The notes beneath the pieces are model-generated. The model saw nothing but the letters and a program-made list of their open reading frames with translations, was not told where the DNA came from and ran no database searches. DNA of 52,967 bases. It comes from Planctomycetia bacterium (lineage in GTDB: Bacteria > Planctomycetota > Planctomycetia > Pirellulales > PALSA-1355). Position 1 is the stretch's first letter. Every line of letters starts with the position of its first letter. Below, piece after piece: positions 46,751 to 52,967 of the stretch. The translations under genes were made by a program, and so were the position numbers. The DNA is taken from the NCBI GenBank assembly GCA_041499515.1, contig JBGQKM010000002.1:1-52967 (forward strand). Reading direction: 5' to 3'.

Positions 46751-49700
46751 TTACGGCGAGATGGCCGCGGAACTTCGCTGGCGCGCGGGCCATAAGAAGA
46801 GGTCGCATTGCTTGCCGGCACCCAATGAATACAGCAGGTCTCCACCCTCTGCGAAGCCGACTTTCGAAATCGTTGTGCCATGACCGTTGAGCACGAGGAT
46901 CTCTTCGCGCGAGGCAACGTCCCAAAGTTTGACTGTGCCTTGAGAGCCACCGCTTGCGAGTGTTTTGCCATCTGGCGAAAACGCGATCGTCGTAATGGGG
47001 CGTTGATGCGTCACGATCCGACCGACCGGCGCACGTGCCTGCACATCCCAAACGAAAAGGAAATCATCGATCCCTCCGGTAGCCAACAAACTGCCGTCGG
47101 GGGACCAGGCGATAGCGTCCACGCGGTCATCGTGGCCCGCCAGCACTGCCGACACGGTGCCATCGGCGACGTGCCAGACGTGGACTTTGTTGTCGGCACA
47201 TCCGACGGCCAGGAGACGGCCATCGGGCGAAAATGAAACGTCATGGCAAACGTCGCCTGGCCTAAGATCGTGCCGGAGCGCACCGCTGGCCGTGTCCCAA
47301 ACTTTGATCGTTCGATCCTCGCTGCAAGAAGCGAGCGATGCCCCATCTGGGGAGACGCTTAGGTTCCACATCCGATCCTGATGACCTTGGAGCGTGTGCA
47401 GCAGCGTCAGCTCAGGAAAACGCCACAGCCGGATCGCATTGTCCTTGCCAGCGGTCACCAGCAGGTTGCCGCGTCGGGAGAAGCGGATGTCATCGATGGC
47501 GCGATCGCCGTGGGCTGAAAACTGTTTCAGCAGTTTGCGCGTCGCCAAGTCGTAGAGCCGGATATTTCCCGAATAGTCGCCCAGCGCGACGAATCGCGAG
47601 TCGGGCGATAGGTCCACGGCACGCCCGGGATCTTCCTTGGCGATCCGAATTCTGCCCGGTTCGGCCAGCTCATTCCATATGTGGACGACGCCGTCGTCTC
47701 CACCGGTGGCCATCTGGCGGCCATCGGGCGAAATGGCAATCGAAAAGAGTTTCGAGTTTCGTGACCACAACGCGCGGCCTCGACTGCCGGCGCCCCAAAA
47801 CTGCGCATATCCATCACGGTCGGCCGAAACGACCCAGCGATCATCGGGCGTGAAGGCAACGTCATGGACATGGCCGCGATTGTTCTCGAACGACATCTTT
47901 TGGCGATGCCCAGCCACGTCCCAGACCTTGACACAGGCATCCTCGCTCGCGCTGGCAAGCTCCTTACCATCGTGGGAAAAGGCAATCGCGGTCACGCCCC
48001 GCGTGTGGCCTTCGAGCGCGACAATTTCGCCGCGGTTAGACAGGTCCCACAGACGAATCGTCGCGTCGTCGCTCGTCGAGGCTAGCGTGGTACCATCGGG
48101 CGAGACCGCCAGCATCCGAATCGGCTTGCCGTCGCCGCCCATTTGTTCGCGCGGCGACCAATCGGCCGTGTCCCAGAGTTCCATGAAGGCGACGGCGCCG
48201 CCGACAATGAGAGTTTGCCCGTCGGGCGTAAACGCCAGCGCGAGGGCTTTGCCGCCGCCCATTTCCGGCCTTCGGACGAGCCGTCCGCTGTCCACCTCCC
48301 ACACCGCGCCAGCGTCCTTGCTCGTGGTTGTCAACCACCTACCGTCGGGCGAAAATGAAACGCTGTTGATGCCTTGGTCATGCGCGGTCCACGTACGTTC
48401 GAGCGCGCCGGTTGCGGCCTCCCAGAGCCGCACCTGACCATCTTCTCCGGCCGTGGCCAGAGTACGTCCGTCCGGCGAATACCGGCACACGTAGACCGGG
48501 CCCGAACGCACATCCAGCGGCCGCTCATCGAGATGGCACAACGGCCGCAGGTAATGCCATGCGAACGTGCGATGGTCGGGCTCCGAGGCTCCCGGCCGAT
48601 GCTTGTCGAGCAAGGAGGCGGCATCGGCGATCCGGCCATCGTTCCACGCTTGCTGCGCTAGGCGCATGTCGCCCGGGTAGGCTCGACGCGCCTCATCGTC
48701 ATGTATCCGGGCTGCGGCTAGGGCATTTTCTCTGGCAGTGACCGCCTCCTCTCTGGCGTTGACGGCCTGGCGCAGCTCTTCGGTATGATGACTCAGTCGC
48801 ACGTTAACCAGCGCGCCGCCGGCAATCACGATCGCCGCGCACGCGACGCTCACGATCACTAATGCCGCGAACGCGGGGCGCCGGCGGGCCCATTTGGCGG
48901 CGATCTGGCAGCCGGTGAGTGGGCGTGCCACGGTCGGTTGATGGCGCAAAAACCGCCGCAAGTCGATGGCCAGTTCGTGGGCCGTGGCATAGCGATCCGC
49001 CGGTCTTCTGGCCATGCACCGCAGCGTGATTGCTTCCAGATCGCGTGGCAGATCGGCGCGAATGCGTCGCGGCGCGACCGGTTCGCTCGCGATCAATTGA
49101 CGTAGCGTGTCGACGTCGGTCTTGCCCACGTACGGCGCCGCGCCCAAAAGCATCTCGTACAGAAGCGCGCCCAGCGAATAGACATCGGTTCGCACGTCGA
49201 GCTCGTCGACTCGTCCCTCGGCTTGTTCCGGCGACATATAAGCCATGGTGCCGACAATCGCGCCGGTGCGGGTTTCGCCGCTCTCTTGTTCGAGTAGTTT
49301 GGCCATGCCGAAGTCGGTCAACTTCGGCGATACCTCCGGGTGTTCGCCTTCGACAATCGGACCGGCGCCAGGTGCAACCACGTCCAGCAGCACGTTGCTG
49401 GGCTTGATGTCGCGATGCAACACGCCTCGACTATGCGCATGGTGGACCGCTTCGGCCAATTGGAGGGCAACCGCCGCCGCTTGGCGGGCGCCCATCGGGG
49501 CGGCACGCTGGCGCAGCCACGCGGCCAGCGTGGGGCCGGCGCAGTATTCCGAGACCAGATAGCACACCGGGCCATCTTCGCCGACCTCATACAGCGCGAC
49601 CAGGTTCGGGTGGCTCAGGCGCGCGGCCGCCTCGGCCTCGCGCAGAAACCGGCGTCGCAGACCTTGATCAGCGATCGCGTCGAAGCGCGGTATCTTGATC

Positions 49701-50038
49701 GCCACTTGGCGGCCGAGTCGAGGATCGTGGGCCAGATAGACGATGCCCAATCCGCCATGGCCCAACTCGCGCTCGATCTCGAAGCGTCCCAGGTATCGCG
49801 GTCGTGCCGCGGCTGCTTCCTCAGAGTCACCTTTTGGCCGAGGGTTCTGGCGACGAGCCCGATCCAACAACTCCAGACAGCTTTTGGCGCCTTCCCACTC
49901 GGCGGCCAGTTCACGATCGAGCTGGGCGGCCGATTCGTCCAGTTCGGCTGTGTGGGTGCCGGTGGCCAGCGCTTCGTCGTACTGCGCCATCAGGCGCGTC
50001 AGAATGTCTTCGCGCGAATCGGCGTCTTGGTCTTTCAT
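46751..50038 (-). CDS. Membrane-anchored Ser/Thr protein kinase with C-terminal WD40 beta-propellers (paralog)
   Basis: Start moved to the ATG at 50038, which overlaps the sigma-factor stop (ATGA). GGLGIVYLA...VAIKIP, HRDIKPSNVLL, DFGMAK and MSPEQ. TM AFAALVIVSVACAAIVIAGGAL, then many WD40 repeats (ATIRLWDL, ACVKVWDV, RTIKVWDT, GTVKLWDV). Confidence 0.9.
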   Translation of the reverse strand: MKDQDADSREDILTRLMAQYDEALATGTHTAELDESAAQLDRELAAEWEGAKSCLELLDRARRQNPRPKGDSEEAAAARPRYLGRFEIERELGHGGLGIVYLAHDPRLGRQVAIKIPRFDAIADQGLRRRFLREAEAAARLSHPNLVALYEVGEDGPVCYLVSEYCAGPTLAAWLRQRAAPMGARQAAAVALQLAEAVHHAHSRGVLHRDIKPSNVLLDVVAPGAGPIVEGEHPEVSPKLTDFGMAKLLEQESGETRTGAIVGTMAYMSPEQAEGRVDELDVRTDVYSLGALLYEMLLGAAPYVGKTDVDTLRQLIASEPVAPRRIRADLPRDLEAITLRCMARRPADRYATAHELAIDLRRFLRHQPTVARPLTGCQIAAKWARRRPAFAALVIVSVACAAIVIAGGALVNVRLSHHTEELRQAVNAREEAVTARENALAAARIHDDEARRAYPGDMRLAQQAWNDGRIADAASLLDKHRPGASEPDHRTFAWHYLRPLCHLDERPLDVRSGPVYVCRYSPDGRTLATAGEDGQVRLWEAATGALERTWTAHDQGINSVSFSPDGRWLTTTSKDAGAVWEVDSGRLVRRPEMGGGKALALAFTPDGQTLIVGGAVAFMELWDTADWSPREQMGGDGKPIRMLAVSPDGTTLASTSDDATIRLWDLSNRGEIVALEGHTRGVTAIAFSHDGKELASASEDACVKVWDVAGHRQKMSFENNRGHVHDVAFTPDDRWVVSADRDGYAQFWGAGSRGRALWSRNSKLFSIAISPDGRQMATGGDDGVVHIWNELAEPGRIRIAKEDPGRAVDLSPDSRFVALGDYSGNIRLYDLATRKLLKQFSAHGDRAIDDIRFSRRGNLLVTAGKDNAIRLWRFPELTLLHTLQGHQDRMWNLSVSPDGASLASCSEDRTIKVWDTASGALRHDLRPGDVCHDVSFSPDGRLLAVGCADNKVHVWHVADGTVSAVLAGHDDRVDAIAWSPDGSLLATGGIDDFLFVWDVQARAPVGRIVTHQRPITTIAFSPDGKTLASGGSQGTVKLWDVASREEILVLNGHGTTISKVGFAEGGDLLYSLGAGKQCDLFLWPARQRSSAAISP

Positions 50039-50760
50039 CGGACTTGACACAGTTCTTCTTCCAACCGGCGGACCGCGCGGCCCCAGAGTTTGCGTGCCGC
50101 ATCGGCCGATTTTTTCAGTTCGGCGCCGATTTCGACGAACGAAAGTCGCTCCCAAGTTCGCAGTACCAACACTCTGCGCAGCGGTTCCGGCAAGCGGCCC
50201 AACGCCACTTGCACGCGCCGCGCCTCGTCACCTGCGATGGCCACATTGCTGGGCGATGCTTCGTCGCACAAGCCCACGAGCGCTCGTTCCGGAGTGAGCT
50301 CCAGCGGTATTTCACGCGTGACACTGCGTTTTTCGGTGTGACGATGAAAGCGGACGTTGTTCGCCAGGCGATTGGCGAGGATCGCGGTCAGCCAGGCGAA
50401 CAGCTCTCGCTCGGTCGTGCCCCGGAAGCTGGCAAAGTCTCGTTGCACCTCGACGAACGAGTCCTGCACCAGGTCGGAGGCGGCCGCCTTGGGCCGCAGA
50501 TCCGAGTCCAACGCGTCGTTGGCCTTCATCAACAAATACTTCCGGCAGCCCTCCAAAAGAGAGCCCAGCGCGGCACTCGAACCCCCGCGGGCTTGTTCCA
50601 GCCACTGCTCGATCTGTCTGGATCCCAAGCGGCTGCCGGTCTGCGGCTTCGCGGCAGGTTGGTTGCCGGTTAACAAGCGAGGACCTCGCCTAAACACCAA
50701 GGAACGATTCCAGCGGAAAGCGGACGCCCCAGTATTGTCTCTCGACCGGGAGAGAATCAA
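50035..50760 (-). CDS. ECF-type sigma-70 family RNA polymerase sigma factor
   Basis: Region 2 (DLVQDSFVEVQRDFASF...FAWLTAILANRLANNVR) and region 4 (LPEPLRRVLVLRTWERLSFVEIGAELKKSADAARKLWGRAVRRL). The track start is TTG 50760; the true start may lie further downstream, because the conserved core begins about 45 aa in. Confidence 0.85.
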   Translation of the reverse strand: MILSRSRDNTGASAFRWNRSLVFRRGPRLLTGNQPAAKPQTGSRLGSRQIEQWLEQARGGSSAALGSLLEGCRKYLLMKANDALDSDLRPKAAASDLVQDSFVEVQRDFASFRGTTERELFAWLTAILANRLANNVRFHRHTEKRSVTREIPLELTPERALVGLCDEASPSNVAIAGDEARRVQVALGRLPEPLRRVLVLRTWERLSFVEIGAELKKSADAARKLWGRAVRRLEEELCQVR

Positions 50761-51066
50761 GCAACTTTTGGCGAATTCAACTTGATTCTTGGAATTCGGG
50801 AGATTTTTTCGGTTTCTTTCGTCCGGTCTGTTTGCGAGTGGTTCCTACTGGGTTAAGGGAATAGGCGATACCGCGTATCGCGCCACCGGGGCGCGATGTG
50901 GAAGTTGAATCCCGCGCATTCCGAGCCCGGATCGGTTCCAGGCTCAATCCAATTGAGAAATATCGGTTCAATACACTCGGCCCAACCCGAGCGACGCCCT
51001 AATCCCCGCCGCCGGGTGTAGGCGGTCAGAAGGACCCAGTTACCTCCAGCCATCGGGAGCCCGCTA

Positions 51067-52944
51067 ATGCACCGCATTTTCGCTTCGCTAATTCTTTTCT
51101 GCGCGACTTTCGTCGTTTTGCCTCTGCCCTCTTCGGCCGCACCCATCACGGTTCCGTCGGGCTTGAATCCAGGCGAGCAATACCGGCTCGCTTTCGTGAC
51201 CAGTACGACAAGAGATGCCACGTCGTCCAACATCGCGGACTACAACGCGTTCGTGACCACCGCCGCGAACTCCGAGCCCCTACTACTCGCCTTGGGGACA
51301 ACTTGGTCCGCGATCGCCAGTACCCCGACAACCGACGCCAGAGTTACCACATCTACGGACTTCGGGGTTGTAACTACCGACGCCAGCTTCCCTATCTACC
51401 GCCTCGACGGCGCCTTGGTCGCTGCCTCCAACCTCGATCTCTGGGACGGCACCATCGGGGCTACCATTTCACTAGATCAATCGGGCCACACCCCAGGAGT
51501 TCCCCAAGCTGTCTGGACGGGCACCAGCCCCGACGGTGGCTCGAATTCCCTCCACGGGCTTGGGAACGCGGCTCCCGTGCTCGGGCTCGACAACGTTACG
51601 GGTTCTACTTGGGTCGATTGGACCACCACCTTAAAAGCCAACCCCGAACGCTTTTTTGCGATTTCGGGAGTCCTCACAGTGGTGCCTGAGCCCAGTACAG
51701 GAGTGCTGGCGGTCATCGCCTGTGGCATGATCTGGTGGTGGCGGAAGCGGAGTCCGCTCGTGGCCTCGAAGATTCACCACGGCGCGAGTATCCGGCTTCG
51801 TCGGTTGATGCTGTTTGTCGCCGCGATGCTTCTGATCCCCGCACAAATCGTCTGGGCGACGCCGATCACCCTGGGAGTCATGGGCGACAGCCTCAGCGAT
51901 GAGTATTCGGAGCAAACCTATGGCGCGTATGCGCAAAGCTGGACCCAACAGTTCGTTCAATACCGCGGAATCGATCTCGGGCCGACGGCCGCGGCGGCCG
52001 GCCAGCCGGGCGGGACGTGGGGCGAACCGCGACGAACCGGCTTCGAGTACAACTGGGCCCGCTACGGCGACACCACCGGCGACCTGCTGGCCGCCGGCCA
52101 ACCGACCGGACTGGCCGCGCAGATCGGTCCCAAGGGAATCAACTACGCCGTCCTGATGATCGGATCGAACGACCAGCTCTTCGACGGCAACAACGCGTAC
52201 CAGAACATCTACAGTGGCGCGTGGTCGCCGGCACAAATTAACACCTGGGCCAATGGTGTCGCTTCCAATATTGCAACCGCGCTGAACACCGTGGCTCCGA
52301 CCGGGGTGAAAATGGTGCTCGTCAATACGGCCGATTACGGCGTCGCTCCTTATGTCAACACCGTGGCTGTGAATGCGGCCGGTCGTCAGGCGGTCTCCGA
52401 TGTTCTCCGCACGGTGCTCAGCCCAAAGATCGAAGCGCTCGCGGCGGCACAGCATCTCCCGTTCGTTGATTTGCTGGGCGCCTTGGAGGCCATTTACGGA
52501 CCCCAAACCGGCCTCCATTCCACGCTGAATATTGGCAACGTCGCCATTCAATTGCAGAGCCTCGACTCGGGTGCCAATCCCACGGCCGGATTCGTAGGAG
52601 ACGGCATCCACCCCAACACGACAATCCAGGGGATCATCGGCAATCTCGTGATCGAGGGGCTGGACATCGGCTATGGGGCCAATCTTTCGCTCTTCAGCGA
52701 GCAGGAGATCCTGGCCCACAAGGGCCTGGCGTACGGCGGCGCAGATACGCTGACCGCGCAAATCGGGCCGTACAGCGCCTACGTGACCAACTTCGTAGTG
52801 CCCGAGCCAAGCTCGCTGGTTCTGGCCGGTTTCGGCATCGTCGGGCTTTTGGCAGCCGCTGCCCGACGGAAATTCGTAGGTCACGCACTGGAGTGCGTGA
52901 CGGGATCGTCACGGGTATTTCCATGGTCACGCATCGGGGCGTGA
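51067..52944 (+). CDS. Single ORF fusing two PEP-CTERM proteins: an N-terminal secreted domain with an internal PEP-CTERM, then an SGNH/GDSL hydrolase with a second PEP-CTERM
   Basis: Signal peptide MHRIFASLILFCATFVVLPLPSSAAP. An internal second signal-like segment MLFVAAMLLIPAQIVWA starts at ATG 51808. SGNH blocks GDSLSDEY, LMIGSND and DGIHPN. There is no in-frame stop between the two modules. Confidence 0.75.
   Translation: MHRIFASLILFCATFVVLPLPSSAAPITVPSGLNPGEQYRLAFVTSTTRDATSSNIADYNAFVTTAANSEPLLLALGTTWSAIASTPTTDARVTTSTDFGVVTTDASFPIYRLDGALVAASNLDLWDGTIGATISLDQSGHTPGVPQAVWTGTSPDGGSNSLHGLGNAAPVLGLDNVTGSTWVDWTTTLKANPERFFAISGVLTVVPEPSTGVLAVIACGMIWWWRKRSPLVASKIHHGASIRLRRLMLFVAAMLLIPAQIVWATPITLGVMGDSLSDEYSEQTYGAYAQSWTQQFVQYRGIDLGPTAAAAGQPGGTWGEPRRTGFEYNWARYGDTTGDLLAAGQPTGLAAQIGPKGINYAVLMIGSNDQLFDGNNAYQNIYSGAWSPAQINTWANGVASNIATALNTVAPTGVKMVLVNTADYGVAPYVNTVAVNAAGRQAVSDVLRTVLSPKIEALAAAQHLPFVDLLGALEAIYGPQTGLHSTLNIGNVAIQLQSLDSGANPTAGFVGDGIHPNTTIQGIIGNLVIEGLDIGYGANLSLFSEQEILAHKGLAYGGADTLTAQIGPYSAYVTNFVVPEPSSLVLAGFGIVGLLAAAARRKFVGHALECVTGSSRVFPWSRIGA
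51682..51753 (+). other. Internal PEP-CTERM-type sorting signal
   Basis: VPEPSTGVLAVIACGMIWWWRKRS: a PEP motif, a hydrophobic helix and a basic cluster, but located at residues 206-229 of a 625-aa ORF. Confidence 0.7.
52795..52875 (+). other. Second PEP-CTERM-type sorting signal (near the C-terminus)
   Basis: VVPEPSSLVLAGFGIVGLLAAAARRKF, followed by an atypical 22-aa tail. Confidence 0.8.
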
Positions 52945-52946
52945 CC
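52880..52946. repeat. Pair of short perfect palindromic hairpins sharing a GTCACGC core (REP-like or terminator-like)
   Basis: GTCACGCAC-TGGA-GTGCGTGAC (52880-52901) and GGTCACGC-ATCGGG-GCGTGACC (52925-52946), with an additional GTCACG at 52908-52913. The ORF stop TGA (52942-52944) sits inside the second hairpin. Confidence 0.5.
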
Positions 52947-52967
52947 TATGCAAAACAACATCGACAA

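Noticed and set aside
50841-50870. GGAAC(C) on the minus strand about 85 nt upstream of the ECF sigma gene, as a possible autoregulated ECF -35 element.
   Set aside because: I found no properly spaced CGT-type -10 partner (the nearest CGA is about 19 nt away). A single pentamer is not evidence.

Overview
High-GC bacterial chromosomal segment with about 44 protein-coding genes on both strands. I recognised no rRNA, tRNA, CRISPR array, transposase, integrase or phage genes. The gene content points to Planctomycetota (inference only, no search was possible): a PVM-type microcompartment operon, giant membrane-anchored Ser/Thr kinases with WD40 propellers, an ECF sigma factor translationally coupled to a kinase, PEP-CTERM proteins, and FG-GAP, PQQ-propeller and transglutaminase-like secreted proteins. 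Layout: 1-7605 is a bacterial microcompartment (BMC) operon with 2 BMC-H, acetate kinase, 3 BMC-P, acylating aldehyde dehydrogenase, class II aldolase, an LDH/MDH-like gene and an uncharacterised aldolase-like gene. 7.8-13.4 kb holds secreted/envelope proteins. 13.5-16.3 kb holds an HD-domain protein, DUF2252 and MgtC. 16.4-19.7 kb holds a DUF2339/DUF3999 pair. 19.8-23.9 kb holds a penicillin-acylase-family Ntn hydrolase, a ROK fructokinase and a TPR protein. 24.0-28.2 kb holds a lysine-catabolic pair (lysine/saccharopine dehydrogenase family plus ALDH7-type dehydrogenase) with a divergent VOC-fold gene. 28.2-33.7 kb holds an alpha/beta hydrolase, an AAA+ ATPase and aconitase. 33.8-42.7 kb holds stress and housekeeping genes (Csp, Nfo, Usp, MntH, GNAT, M16 peptidase pair, Ndk, VOC protein). 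42.7-50.8 kb holds two tandem WD40 Ser/Thr kinases plus an ECF sigma factor. 51.1-52.9 kb holds one reading frame carrying two PEP-CTERM modules. Many long ORFs in the supplied track are antisense shadows or 5' over-extensions typical of high-GC DNA. I re-picked starts where a signal peptide, an SD sequence or a neighbouring gene made this clear. I found no clear-cut new defence or mobile system. The best candidates for undescribed biology are the terminal gene of the BMC operon, the VOC-fold gene next to the lysine genes, the DUF2339/DUF3999 module, the sigma-kinase-kinase array and the double PEP-CTERM fusion.
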